Source of the DNA: a candidate division WOR-3 bacterium | GTDB taxonomy: Bacteria > Hydrothermota > Hydrothermia > Hydrothermales > JAJRUZ01 | Assembly: GCA_039804025.1 (NCBI GenBank) | Contig: JBDRZP010000005.1 | Location: forward strand, 28,273 to 92,272 | DNA length: 64,000 nucleotides | Direction of reading: 5' to 3' | Shown: piece by piece, positions 17,470 through 27,625 of the stretch | Numbering within the stretch: the stretch's first letter is position 1 | How the letters are laid out: each line of letters opens with the position of its first letter | The notes under the pieces: model-generated | What the model was told of the DNA's origin: nothing | The model's input: the letters and a program-made list of their open reading frames with translations, nothing else | Databases searched by the model: none | Made by a program: the position numbers and the translations under genes

Positions 17470-18326
17470 TAGAAGAGCTAAAGAGGATTGAAAATTTAAA
17501 AGGCTTGAGATTAAAGGTAAAAGCTCTTTTAGAAGGAATTTTACTTGGTGTTCACAAAAGTCCCCTGCATGGATATTCCTCAGAATTTGTTGAACATAGA
17601 GAATATTCTCTGGGTGATGACTTAAGGATGGTTGACTGGAAGGTTTTTGCAAGGAAAGAAAGATTATATACAAAGAAATTTTCTGAGGAAACAAATTCAA
17701 ATGTTTATTTTTTGCTCGATTCTTCTAAATCAATGGATTATGGAGCGCCACCTAAAATTGAATATGCAAAGGTTTTAATTTTGTCCCTTTCATATCTTTT
17801 TCATCTTCAAAGGGATGCACCTTCCCTTTTTGTTTTTTCTGATAGAGAGAAATTTTTTATACCTCCTTCAACAAAAAGAGGGAATTTAGAAAAAATTAGA
17901 GATGTTCTTGAAAAATTGAAAGCAGAGGGTAAAACAGAACCAGATGAAATTTTTCCTTATCTTATTGAGATAATTAAAAAGAGAAGTATTATTTTTCTTT
18001 TTACTGACTATTACCACAAACCCTATGAATTTGTGAAAGGATTAAAATACTTAAAAGCAAAGAATAACAAGGTTTACTCAATAAGACTTGTTTCAGAGGA
18101 AGAATTTAATCTTTATAAAAATCCCCCCTTTATTTTAAAAGATTTAGAAACAGAAAATGAACTTGTTATTGATGAAAGAAAATTATGGGAAGATTTTAAA
18201 AAAAAATTATCTGAATTTGAAAAAAATCTAAATGAAGAAATTTTAAAGAGAGGTATAAAGAATTTTAATATAAATACCTTTGAGTCCTATGAGAAGAATT
18301 TATTAATGATTATTAAATCTTTATGA
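17466..18326 (+). CDS. DUF58 (vWA-like, MoxR-associated) protein
   Basis: G.HKSPLHGYSSEFVEHREYSLGDDLRMVDWKVFAR, LLDSSKSMDY. Confidence 0.9.
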   Translation: MIEELKRIENLKGLRLKVKALLEGILLGVHKSPLHGYSSEFVEHREYSLGDDLRMVDWKVFARKERLYTKKFSEETNSNVYFLLDSSKSMDYGAPPKIEYAKVLILSLSYLFHLQRDAPSLFVFSDREKFFIPPSTKRGNLEKIRDVLEKLKAEGKTEPDEIFPYLIEIIKKRSIIFLFTDYYHKPYEFVKGLKYLKAKNNKVYSIRLVSEEEFNLYKNPPFILKDLETENELVIDERKLWEDFKKKLSEFEKNLNEEILKRGIKNFNINTFESYEKNLLMIIKSL

Positions 18327-19837
18327 TATTTTTAAAACCTCTTTTACTTTTACTCTTACCTTTTTCCTTAATTCCCCTTGTAATTCATCTTCTTTTACAG
18401 TTAAGAATAACAAAAATTTTATATCCCTGGGTTTTTATTTTTGAAAAAGAAAAGGAAATAAGAAAAAAAAGAAAAATAAAGGATATTTTAGTTCTTATCC
18501 TAAGAATTCTTGTAATTTTTTTTGTTATACTCTCTTTTAGTGAGCCTATTATTAAATCAAAATACGGAATTTTTGATCATATTGTTTATTTTGAACATCC
18601 CTTTTATAAAAAAAAGTTAAAGGATTATAATGTTAAAAAAATTCCCTTTTCTAAAATTGATTCTCTTTTAAATGATAAAAAAGTAAAAAATATTTATTTT
18701 TTAGGACCTCTCCCTGATACTGCTTTAATTAAACTTTCAATTTTAGAGGATAAAAGAATTTATCTGATTGGAGAAAAAAAGGTTAAAAACATAAAAATAA
18801 AAGATATAATTGATGACTATGAAGGTATGTATATTGTAATTTCTTCTGATTTTGATACTTCAAATATTCCACTTGAAATTTATCACGAAAGGGATATGAT
18901 TTTAAGAGAAGAACTTAATATAAAAAAGGGAGATAATTTGTTTAGATTCAATTTGACCTCAGACTGGAATCCAGTTTTTATAAAAATTGATGTTAAAGAT
19001 GATTATCCTGATGATAACGAAAAATTTTTTTACGTTAAAAAAAATAAAGGAGCAAAAATAAAAATTATAGGTAATAATAAATACATAACTGCATTTTCTG
19101 AGGCAATGAAAAAAGGAGAAGAAGAAGTTTTTATTGTGATTGGAATTAAAGATATAAAACTTATTGAAAAACTCATTTCAGAAAATAAAAACCTAATAAT
19201 TTTCCCTGATACTTTAATTGATGAATTGAAGTTATTATTGAAAAAGAAAGGAATAATTTTAGGGGGTAAATTAAATAATGTTACAAGTTTAAATCAAAAA
19301 ATATATTTCAAAAAATTTTTTGTTATCTCAGGTGATAAAAATTTTAAGATAAAGGATTTTAATTATAATATTTTTTCCCTTACTCATAATCTGTGTTTAG
19401 CAGGATTTTATCCTGATGAAAATTATACAAATTTTGTATATTATCCGGATTTTGCCACACTTCTTTATGAGGTTGTAAATTTTTTTGTAACAAAAAAATT
19501 TTCAATTCCTGAAAGTAGTTTTTTAGTTTTAAATTTAGATGAAGATAAATATTCCCTTTATACTTCAAAGGAAGAAAAAATTTTTGATTATGAGGGTAGA
19601 GAAATTTTTTTAAAACCTCTATCAAGGGGAATTTATTATCTTAGAGGTAAAAACAAAGAGATTATACTTGAGGTAAATCCACCTTCACTTCCTTCAATTT
19701 CAGAAATTAATGAATTGAGTAGTAATTTTATTTTTATAAAGGATAAAAAAGAGCTTTTTTCAATAAATCTTAAAAAAAATTTCCTTTTTATTTCTATTTT
19801 TCTTTTTTTATTAGAGGTTTTCCTATGTCTTATTTAA
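18323..19837 (+). CDS. BatA-domain membrane protein
   Basis: N-terminal LLLLLPFSLIPLVIHLL...YP...ILVLILRIL..FFVILSFSEP; C-terminal TM helix. Confidence 0.75.
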   Translation: MIFLKPLLLLLLPFSLIPLVIHLLLQLRITKILYPWVFIFEKEKEIRKKRKIKDILVLILRILVIFFVILSFSEPIIKSKYGIFDHIVYFEHPFYKKKLKDYNVKKIPFSKIDSLLNDKKVKNIYFLGPLPDTALIKLSILEDKRIYLIGEKKVKNIKIKDIIDDYEGMYIVISSDFDTSNIPLEIYHERDMILREELNIKKGDNLFRFNLTSDWNPVFIKIDVKDDYPDDNEKFFYVKKNKGAKIKIIGNNKYITAFSEAMKKGEEEVFIVIGIKDIKLIEKLISENKNLIIFPDTLIDELKLLLKKKGIILGGKLNNVTSLNQKIYFKKFFVISGDKNFKIKDFNYNIFSLTHNLCLAGFYPDENYTNFVYYPDFATLLYEVVNFFVTKKFSIPESSFLVLNLDEDKYSLYTSKEEKIFDYEGREIFLKPLSRGIYYLRGKNKEIILEVNPPSLPSISEINELSSNFIFIKDKKELFSINLKKNFLFISIFLFLLEVFLCLI

Positions 19838-21169
19838 CTTTTTTGGTTTATACGATACTTCCTTAATAACATTTTCAAGTATTTCAATTCCGGTATATAG
19901 CTCTTCTTCTTTTATTATAAGGGGTGGGCATATTCTTAAAACATTTTCACCAGCTGGTAAGATTAAAAGTCCCTTTTTAAAACATTCCTGAACTATAAGG
20001 TCTCTTTTTGTTTTGTCCTTTTTAAGTGTTTTTTTATCACTTACAATTTCAAGACCTATCATTAATCCCTTTCCTCTCACATCTCCGATAATTTCGTATT
20101 TTTCCTTCCATTTTTCAAGGTCTTTTAAAACTTTATCTCCAAGGGAGCTCACATGTTCCATTAGGCCATTTTCAAGTTTTTCAATAACTTTTAAAGCTAC
20201 TTCACAGGATACAGGGTTACCACCAAAGGTTGAGGCATGAGTTCCTGGTGGCCAGTTCATAATGCCACTTTTTGCAATACAGGCTCCAAGTGGGAATCCT
20301 GAAGCTATTCCTTTTGCAAGGGTTATAATATCGGGTATTACATCATAGTGCTCTATGGCAAAAAATCTACCTGTTCTTCCCATTCCACTTTGAACCTCAT
20401 CAACAATTAGGAGTATTCCGTATTTATCAATTAATTTTTTTAGTTCTTTAAAATAGTTCTCTGGAGCAGGAATATAACCACCTTCTCCCTGAATTGGTTC
20501 AATAATAAAAGCAGCAACTTCTTCAGGGTCTACAAGTCTTGAAAAAATGTTTTCTTCAATAAAACTTATACATGCAAAATTGCAATCCGGGTATTTAAGG
20601 TTAAAGGGGCATCTGAAACAATAAGGATAAGGTGCGTGAACTGTTCCATAGAAAAGGGTGAAAAATCTTTTTCTATGTATTGTTTTACTTGCAGTTGCAG
20701 AGAGAGCTCCCATTGTTCTTCCATGAAATCCACCGTAAAAGGCAAGTATATAGGGTCTATTTGTATAGTATCTTGCAAGTTTAATTGCAGCCTCCACTGA
20801 TTCTGCACCTGAATTAGAAAAGAATATTTTCCTATTTTTAGCTCCTGGTGTAATTTCAGCGAGTTTTTCAGCAAGTTTAATTTCAGAAGAATAGTAAAAA
20901 TCTGTTCCAGAATAGTGTATAAGTTTTTTCATCTGATTAAGTGCAGTTTCTATAACCTCAGGATGGGAATGCCCAAGCGTTAAAACCGCAACTCCTGCGT
21001 TAAAGTCTAAAAATTTATTCCCATCAACATCATAGACCCATACCCCTTCTCCCCTTTCAACAACTAATGGATAAACTCTTGTATAAGAAGGGGAGATAAA
21101 TTTTTTATCCTTTGTAAGCCATTTTTTTGCATTTTTACCTGGCAGCTCATTTTTTATTTCTGGTTTCAT
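19823..21169 (-). CDS. Class III PLP aminotransferase (4-aminobutyrate/acetylornithine aminotransferase family)
   Basis: FSNSGAESVEAA, FHGRT, EPIQGEGG, DEVQSGMGRTG, LAKG; start ATG 21169 after SD AGGAGG. Confidence 0.92.
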   Translation of the reverse strand: MKPEIKNELPGKNAKKWLTKDKKFISPSYTRVYPLVVERGEGVWVYDVDGNKFLDFNAGVAVLTLGHSHPEVIETALNQMKKLIHYSGTDFYYSSEIKLAEKLAEITPGAKNRKIFFSNSGAESVEAAIKLARYYTNRPYILAFYGGFHGRTMGALSATASKTIHRKRFFTLFYGTVHAPYPYCFRCPFNLKYPDCNFACISFIEENIFSRLVDPEEVAAFIIEPIQGEGGYIPAPENYFKELKKLIDKYGILLIVDEVQSGMGRTGRFFAIEHYDVIPDIITLAKGIASGFPLGACIAKSGIMNWPPGTHASTFGGNPVSCEVALKVIEKLENGLMEHVSSLGDKVLKDLEKWKEKYEIIGDVRGKGLMIGLEIVSDKKTLKKDKTKRDLIVQECFKKGLLILPAGENVLRICPPLIIKEEELYTGIEILENVIKEVSYKPKKLNKT

Positions 21170-21182
21170 TTTTCCCTCCTTT

Positions 21183-21965
21183 TTAAGGTTCTTCAATTTT
21201 AACCCATTCCTCAGATCCATCTTCAAAGCTTAGTTTATACTCTCTTTTAAAAATATTAATATCTGAAACCCTTGCCATACCTTTTTCTGTAAAGATTTCT
21301 CTTCCTATTTCTGGCATTCCCTTTGAAAGTTCCTCATATACATTAAGTTCAAATCTAAGACAGCACAGAAGCCTACCACAGATTCCAGTTAAATTTTCAG
21401 GTGCAGTGAAAATATACTGTTTCCTCGCCATATCAATTGTTATTGGAGGTATATCCTTAAGCCATGTTTCACAACATAAAATTCTTCCGCACCTTCCTAT
21501 TCCTCCAAGTTCCCTTGCATAATCCCTTGTTCCCTTCTGTTTGAATTCAGTATGTAAATGTAATTTTTTTGCTATAATTGGAGCAATTTTAGATAGGTCA
21601 TATCTTTTATCAGCTGTGAAGGTAAATTTTATAATACCTTTTTCTCTATCCAGTTCAATATCAACTATTCTTATGTCTCTTATTTTTTCTTCAAATAGAA
21701 TTCCGTAAACCATATTTCTAAAAAGTTTAATTAATTCTTTATCTTCACAGGGAGAAATGTGTACCAATCTAATTTTTGATTCCTTTTCTGAAATTCCTCT
21801 TACTTTTACATAAATTGGTTTTTCTTCTCCCTCAATTTTTATAAGAGCAAATTTTAAATTTTTATCTATTTCCATATCCTTTGGAATACTGTATCTTGCT
21901 AAAGGACCCCCTATTATTGATACTTCAAGTGATTTTATATCTTCTTTCTTTTTAAAAAATTTCAT
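21183..21965 (-). CDS. PSP1-domain protein (RicT/YaaT family)
   Basis: GGIGRCGRILCC, MARKQ, LTGICGRLLCCLRFE. Confidence 0.9.
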   Translation of the reverse strand: MKFFKKKEDIKSLEVSIIGGPLARYSIPKDMEIDKNLKFALIKIEGEEKPIYVKVRGISEKESKIRLVHISPCEDKELIKLFRNMVYGILFEEKIRDIRIVDIELDREKGIIKFTFTADKRYDLSKIAPIIAKKLHLHTEFKQKGTRDYARELGGIGRCGRILCCETWLKDIPPITIDMARKQYIFTAPENLTGICGRLLCCLRFELNVYEELSKGMPEIGREIFTEKGMARVSDINIFKREYKLSFEDGSEEWVKIEEP

Positions 21966-23074
21966 CTTTTGATTGAAGTAATTTTTACAAAGGGAAAACT
22001 TTCTTTTACAAATCTTATTTTTTTATCTCTTATCAAAACATCAAACTCTGAAAAATTTAAAAACTCTTTTTTAATATAAGATAGTGCTATATTTTTATCT
22101 AAGAATGGGGAATAAGCTCCTGAGGTTATAAAACCAGCTTTTTCAGATTTATAAAATACCTCAGCACCTTTTCGTGGAACACCTTTCATCTCATCAGAAA
22201 CAAGACCTATTAATTTTTTCTCAATATTACCCTGCATTTGATTTACAAGAATTTCTTTTCCAAGGAATTTTTCCTTTTCAATTTTTACGAATTTTTCAAG
22301 ACCTGCTTCTATTGGTGTTATATCTTCTGTTAACTCATTTCCATATAAAGGATAACCCATTTCCAATCTCAATATATCTCTCGCTCCAAGTCCTGCTGGT
22401 TTTAAGTTAAACTTTGCTCCCTTTTTTAATATTTCGTTTAAAAAATCAAGAGCAAATTTTTTTTCACCGTATATCTCAAAACCATCCTCACCTGTATAAC
22501 CTGTTCTTGATAAAATCAGTTTTTTATTCATAAAATTTATTTCAAGGAAAGTATAAAATTTAACATCAGAAAAGGACCTATCAAAAAATTCTTCAACAAA
22601 GGGTTGAGCTCTTGGACCCTGAATTGCAAGTTGAAAAATTTCATCTGATCTATCCTTTATTAAAACATCTTTAAAATTCTTACTCATTTCTTTCATATAC
22701 TCAAAATCTTTAAATCTATTTGCTGCATTTACCACACATAGAAATTTATCCTCCATCCTGTAAATTAAAAGGTCATCTACACAGGTTCCCCTTTCAGTTA
22801 AAAGTATGGAATACTGGACTTTTCCGTATTTTAATTTTGAGGGATCATTTGAGGTTATATAGGATAAAAAATTAAGTGCATCTTTTCCCTCAACTTCAAT
22901 TTCTCCCATATGAGATACATCAAATATTGATAAAACTCTTCTTGTATGGATTGCTTCTTTTATTATTCCCTCATACTGAAGCGGCATCTCGTATCCTGCA
23001 AAGGGAATCATTTTTGCTTTACTTTCTATATGAAATTCATAGAAGGGAGTTTTTCTTAATTTTTTCTCTTCCAT
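21962..23074 (-). CDS. gcvT: Glycine cleavage system aminomethyltransferase T
   Basis: FAGYEMPLQY, FDVSHMGEI, SRTGYTGEDGFEI, GLGARDILRLEMGYPLYGNEL. Confidence 0.96.
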   Translation of the reverse strand: MEEKKLRKTPFYEFHIESKAKMIPFAGYEMPLQYEGIIKEAIHTRRVLSIFDVSHMGEIEVEGKDALNFLSYITSNDPSKLKYGKVQYSILLTERGTCVDDLLIYRMEDKFLCVVNAANRFKDFEYMKEMSKNFKDVLIKDRSDEIFQLAIQGPRAQPFVEEFFDRSFSDVKFYTFLEINFMNKKLILSRTGYTGEDGFEIYGEKKFALDFLNEILKKGAKFNLKPAGLGARDILRLEMGYPLYGNELTEDITPIEAGLEKFVKIEKEKFLGKEILVNQMQGNIEKKLIGLVSDEMKGVPRKGAEVFYKSEKAGFITSGAYSPFLDKNIALSYIKKEFLNFSEFDVLIRDKKIRFVKESFPFVKITSIKR

Positions 23075-23658
23075 GTTTTCCCTCCTTTTTTTATTGTTTT
23101 AGGAAGTTTTTGAGCTTCAAGTGTGAGAGAAAAAGAGTCCTTTTTTATTGTGGTGTTATTTTCAAAAATACTTATTTCAGTATCAAAAAGATATGCTGTA
23201 AAATTTTCTTCTTCTTTTTCTATTCTTATTAACCTGTCAAATTTATATATAAGTGTATCACTTCCCATTAAATATTTTTTGCTGAAATTAAAATTAATTT
23301 TTTCTCCTTCAATCGGTAAAATATCAAGAAATGGGACCATAAATTCATCAACTACAATATCCTGAAAATAGAATTTTACTTTTTTTAATTCATATAATAA
23401 ATTTCCCTTCCTTTTTAAAATTTTTGTTTCATCAAGAAAAATAAATTTTTTAAACTTTTCCTCTTCTTTTAATGTGTCCTTTATTGGGTAAATTAATCCA
23501 ATTTCTCCCCTTTCATTTAAATACTCAGCTTTACCTTCAAGGTCATAATATTCAAAATAAAAATTCTCTAATATTCCTTTTTTACATGAAATAAAAATAG
23601 TAAAAAGAAAAAGGATTTTTTTAAACTTTGAATTTACCGAGAAGAAGTTTAAGTTCAT
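23056..23658 (-). CDS. Hypothetical lipoprotein-like protein
   Basis: KKILFLFTIFISC lipobox-like segment; fills the operon gap between the MCP and gcvT. Start uncertain. Confidence 0.6.
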   Translation of the reverse strand: MNLNFFSVNSKFKKILFLFTIFISCKKGILENFYFEYYDLEGKAEYLNERGEIGLIYPIKDTLKEEEKFKKFIFLDETKILKRKGNLLYELKKVKFYFQDIVVDEFMVPFLDILPIEGEKINFNFSKKYLMGSDTLIYKFDRLIRIEKEEENFTAYLFDTEISIFENNTTIKKDSFSLTLEAQKLPKTIKKGGKTWKRKN

Positions 23659-25297
23659 CACCGAGTTTCCCGAGTTCCGAAACTGTTGCAGTTATTTCTT
23701 CCATTGATGCAAGTTGTTCTTCCATACTTGCAGCTATCTGCTCAGAGGATACAGATACACTTTCTGACATTTCACCCACTCTATCCATAAATTTAGCAAG
23801 TTTCTCAATCTCTTCCCTTTCCTTTTGTGAGAGTTTAGCAATTTTACTTGTTCTTTCCATTGCTTCCTCAGTCTGGTCAGCTATTTTTTTAAGTTGAGAA
23901 ACTGCATCAAATATAATATCTCTTGAACTTAAAAGGGTTTCATTTACCTTTTTCATTGCATTCAAAGTTTCTTGCATACCCTGATTTATGTTTTCCACTA
24001 TTTCCTGAATTTTTATAGAAGAAATTCTTGAATCTTCGGCCAATTTTCTTATTTCCTGTGCCACTATGGCAAAACCTTTACCATATTCTCCAGCCCTTGC
24101 AGCTTCTATGTAAGCATTCAAAGATAAGAGATTAGTCCTTTTCATAAACCCTTGAATACTTTCAGTTATTTCTCTTACTCCCCTCAACATTTGCGATAAG
24201 GTTTCAATATTATTTCTTAAAGATGTTATATCATTTTGCATTTCAGTTAATTTCTGCATAACCATTTCTGAAACTTCTCTTCCCTTTCTTGTAAAAAGAA
24301 GTGCGTCTTTTTCCAATTCCTCCATTTCCCTTGATTCTTCAGATGTTGAAAGAGAAAGCTCTAAAATTTCTTTAACTGATTTTGAAGCATCTATAACACT
24401 TGATGCAGTTTCTGAGGCGAGGGAGGCCATTTTTTGAACTGTATCTGTTACTTCATTTGATGATGCTGTCAATTCTTGAGTTGCACTTGAAATGTTTTCT
24501 GAAAATTCTCTAATCTTTTCTGATGTTTCAAGGGTTTTTGATACATTAATCCTTAATTTGTTTATGAATTCATTGAAGAAAATTGCCATTTCAGAAAATT
24601 CATCTTTCCCGTCAAGTTTAATTGTAACTCTTAAGTCCGCTTCACCTTCAGCAATTTCTTTTAATTTGTTTTTAAATATGTTGATTGGATTTATAAGTAT
24701 CATTGAAAGGATAAAGGAAATTAATCCGCCAACCATGAGGAAAATGATTGAAAAGATAAAAGCTGCGAAACTAGCTCTTTTTTCTGCTTCTACAATATCT
24801 TTTTTGCTTGTTACAAGTCTTAAAAATCCTATAGGAGATTTATCCTCAGGTGGAACTATTGGATATATCATATCAAGATATTTTTCTTTTTCTGAGAATA
24901 CATTTTTTTCTTTTTTTCTGTGACAGGTGATGCAATCCTTACCTGTTTGCTTTTCAAAATGTGCTTTTTTAGGTTCTTCTCCTACTTCATAAAATTTTTT
25001 TAAAGAATCTCCTGAATAAACTGCTATGTATATTATATTTTCATTTTTAATGAGTTCCTTTAAAATGTTTTTTATAAGAAGTGAATCTTCAAATAAAAGG
25101 GAGAGTTTTATTCTTTCAATTGTAATTTTTGCAAGGGTGTCAGAATAACTTATAATATTTTTTCTTGCTGTATCCCGCATATAAAATAGGAAAAACAGAG
25201 CAAAGGAAATTATTATAATAAGGGTGTATGGGAAAAAGGTTAAAAATAATTTTTTTCTAAATCCATAAAAAAAGTTTTTTAAAATTTTTTCCTTCAT
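23621..25297 (-). CDS. Methyl-accepting chemotaxis protein with a periplasmic CxxCH heme-c motif
   Basis: Two TMs; CITCH at 24920-24934 between them; HAMP; signalling hairpin TNLLSLNAYIEAARAGEYGKGFAIVAQEIRKLAE. Confidence 0.92.
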   Translation of the reverse strand: MKEKILKNFFYGFRKKLFLTFFPYTLIIIISFALFFLFYMRDTARKNIISYSDTLAKITIERIKLSLLFEDSLLIKNILKELIKNENIIYIAVYSGDSLKKFYEVGEEPKKAHFEKQTGKDCITCHRKKEKNVFSEKEKYLDMIYPIVPPEDKSPIGFLRLVTSKKDIVEAEKRASFAAFIFSIIFLMVGGLISFILSMILINPINIFKNKLKEIAEGEADLRVTIKLDGKDEFSEMAIFFNEFINKLRINVSKTLETSEKIREFSENISSATQELTASSNEVTDTVQKMASLASETASSVIDASKSVKEILELSLSTSEESREMEELEKDALLFTRKGREVSEMVMQKLTEMQNDITSLRNNIETLSQMLRGVREITESIQGFMKRTNLLSLNAYIEAARAGEYGKGFAIVAQEIRKLAEDSRISSIKIQEIVENINQGMQETLNAMKKVNETLLSSRDIIFDAVSQLKKIADQTEEAMERTSKIAKLSQKEREEIEKLAKFMDRVGEMSESVSVSSEQIAASMEEQLASMEEITATVSELGKLGDELKLLLGKFKV

Positions 25298-26301
25298 AAT
25301 CTTTCAAATATTGTATTTTCTTTTATATTTAAGTGTTTTAATGCTCTTTTTGTTAATTTTCTACCTCTTGGAGTTCTTTCTATTAATCCCTCTCTTAAAA
25401 GAAAAGGTTCATAAACCTCTTCAATTGTTCCTACATCTTCTCCTACAGCTTGAGATATTGTTTTAAGGCCAACAGGTCCACCACCAAATTTTTCATAAAT
25501 ACAGAATAAGATTTTTTTATCCATTTCATTAAGTCCGAGTTCATCAACTTCAAGTTTTTGTAAAGCATATTTTGTAATTTCGAGATCAATTTTTTCCTTT
25601 AATTTATAATCAGCAAAATCTCTAACTCTTTTCAAAAGTCTATTAACAATTCTTGGTGTTCCCCTTCCTCTCCTTGCAATTTCAAAGGCAGCATCTTCTT
25701 CAATTTTTATATTTAAAATTTTAGCAGATCTTTTAACTATCTCCTTTAATTCTTCCACCTCATAGTAATCAATCCTTATCTGAATTCCAAATCTTGATTG
25801 TAAGGGACTTGTTAAGAGCCCCATTCTTGTTGTTGCCCCTATAAGAGTAAAGGGTTTTAATTTTAATTTTATTGATTTTGCTTTTGGTCCCTTATCAACC
25901 ATTATTTCAATTTCATAGTTTTCCATAGCAGAATAAAGATACTCCTCAACATTTCTTGGTAATCTGTGAATCTCATCTATAAAGAGAATATCACCTTTAT
26001 TTAAATTTGTTAAAATTCCTGCAAGGTCAAAAGGTCTTTCAATAACAGGTCCTGATACGAGCTTTATATTTGTTCCCATTTCATAAGATATTATATGAGA
26101 TAAAGTTGTTTTTCCGAGTCCTGGAGGACCGGTAAAAATAACATGGTCAAGTGGTTCATTTCTTTTTTTTGCTGCCTCAATAAATACTTTTAAATTTTCT
26201 TTAATTTTTTCTTTCCCTATAAATTCCTTTAGTTTCCTTGGCCTTAAAAGTTCGCTTAGGGAAATATCCTCTTCAATTAAATTTGGGTTAAGAATTTTCA
26301 T
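25294..26301 (-). CDS. ruvB: Holliday junction branch-migration helicase RuvB
   Basis: LRP..L.EFIG, GPPGLGKTTL, FIDEIHRL, GATTR.GLL, RGTPRIVNRLLKRVRD, EEVYEPFL. Confidence 0.97.
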   Translation of the reverse strand: MKILNPNLIEEDISLSELLRPRKLKEFIGKEKIKENLKVFIEAAKKRNEPLDHVIFTGPPGLGKTTLSHIISYEMGTNIKLVSGPVIERPFDLAGILTNLNKGDILFIDEIHRLPRNVEEYLYSAMENYEIEIMVDKGPKAKSIKLKLKPFTLIGATTRMGLLTSPLQSRFGIQIRIDYYEVEELKEIVKRSAKILNIKIEEDAAFEIARRGRGTPRIVNRLLKRVRDFADYKLKEKIDLEITKYALQKLEVDELGLNEMDKKILFCIYEKFGGGPVGLKTISQAVGEDVGTIEEVYEPFLLREGLIERTPRGRKLTKRALKHLNIKENTIFERL

Positions 26302-26870
26302 TTTAATAGAGACTCAATTTCCTTTGACATTTCCTTAGCCTTTGAAGGACCAACAATCATCTGAGCTGACTCTTCAAGCTTTTTTAAAAACCTTCTGAAT
26401 AATCTCGGGGGACAGTTTTTCTTATCTATCTTCATTTCCTTAATTATATTATCAAATACCATTTCGCCAAATAAGGATAAATGTTTGACTGTAATTTCAA
26501 AAGCATTGTCGAAAATTTCTTCATCAAGTGGTTTTTCAATAATCTCTACTTCCTTTTTCTCAGGAGCTTTTTCGGGAACTTCTTTTGCTATAAATTTTTG
26601 TTCCTTTACCTTCTCCATTAGTTCTTTTTCTACACTTTCCACATCAATCTCTCCTTTACCGGAAAGAATAAGAATTTTATCCATATTTTCTTCCTTAAAA
26701 ATTAATGTTTCATCATTGAAAACTATTTTTAAATTCTGGATTGTAAGTCCTGAAAAATCCCAGGCTTCTTTTAATGCAATTATAATTCTTCTATATTCTT
26801 CTTTTAATTCTCCTTTTAAAAGGGTTAAATTACCTTTTTCAAGGATTGAAGCAAATTTTAAATTTTCCAT
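26298..26870 (-). CDS. Hypothetical protein
   Basis: 190-aa ORF coupled to both neighbours; C-terminal helical segment ending MIVGPSKAKEM. Confidence 0.7.
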   Translation of the reverse strand: MENLKFASILEKGNLTLLKGELKEEYRRIIIALKEAWDFSGLTIQNLKIVFNDETLIFKEENMDKILILSGKGEIDVESVEKELMEKVKEQKFIAKEVPEKAPEKKEVEIIEKPLDEEIFDNAFEITVKHLSLFGEMVFDNIIKEMKIDKKNCPPRLFRRFLKKLEESAQMIVGPSKAKEMSKEIESLLK

Positions 26871-27625
26871 TATATTAATTTTAATTTTTCAGCCACTTTT
26901 TTTACCTTTTTTCTTGCTTCTTCAACACCGTATTTAGATACAGCCATTTTCCATATTATATCAATTACAGCCCTGAAAGCCTTATTAATTTCCTCTTCAT
27001 TTATTTTTTCTTTAAAGGGGAGATTTATTTTAATTTCTTTCTCCTCCTGAGAAATAACACGGGCAAGTTCAGGGGAAGTATCTTTTATTTTAGCAATTGC
27101 CACTTTTGCCCACCTTATTTCATCACCAGGAGCAAATTCTTTTATTAATTCATTTATCTGCTCCACTTTATTTAAGGCTATTTTTTCCTCAGGTGTGGGA
27201 ATATATTCTTTAATTTCCTCCTTTCTTTCTGTTTCTGGAACTTTTTCTTCCGGTTTTTCTTCTCTTATTTCCTCTTCAGGTTTTTTCTCCTCCTTTATTT
27301 CTTTAAGGGGTTCAAATTTTGTAATCACTTCTTTTATTTTATTTAAATCAAGTTCTTCACCAATAACACCTGTTAAAAGGTTTTCCTTCATAAATAAGTT
27401 AATTTTTTCTCCTGTTTTAAGTTCTATTTCAATTATATCAAACTTATTCATTCCTATGTTTTTCTCAAGCGCAAGTTTTGCAGTTGAACCTATCAAAAGT
27501 ATTCCATCCTCAAAGAGTTCTGTTCTTCCTTCTCTTTCAATAATTTCTTCTTTATTAAGATCACATATTACAATTCCTTTTAAATTATTAACTTCTTTTT
27601 TCAATTTTTCAATTAATTCCTTCAT
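26870..27625 (-). CDS. Roadblock/LC7 (MglB-like) domain protein with a C-terminal helical domain
   Basis: N-terminal KLKKEVNNLKGIVICDL...G, then a beta-rich Roadblock-like pattern, an E/K/P-rich linker and a C-terminal helical domain. Confidence 0.6.
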   Translation of the reverse strand: MKELIEKLKKEVNNLKGIVICDLNKEEIIEREGRTELFEDGILLIGSTAKLALEKNIGMNKFDIIEIELKTGEKINLFMKENLLTGVIGEELDLNKIKEVITKFEPLKEIKEEKKPEEEIREEKPEEKVPETERKEEIKEYIPTPEEKIALNKVEQINELIKEFAPGDEIRWAKVAIAKIKDTSPELARVISQEEKEIKINLPFKEKINEEEINKAFRAVIDIIWKMAVSKYGVEEARKKVKKVAEKLKLI

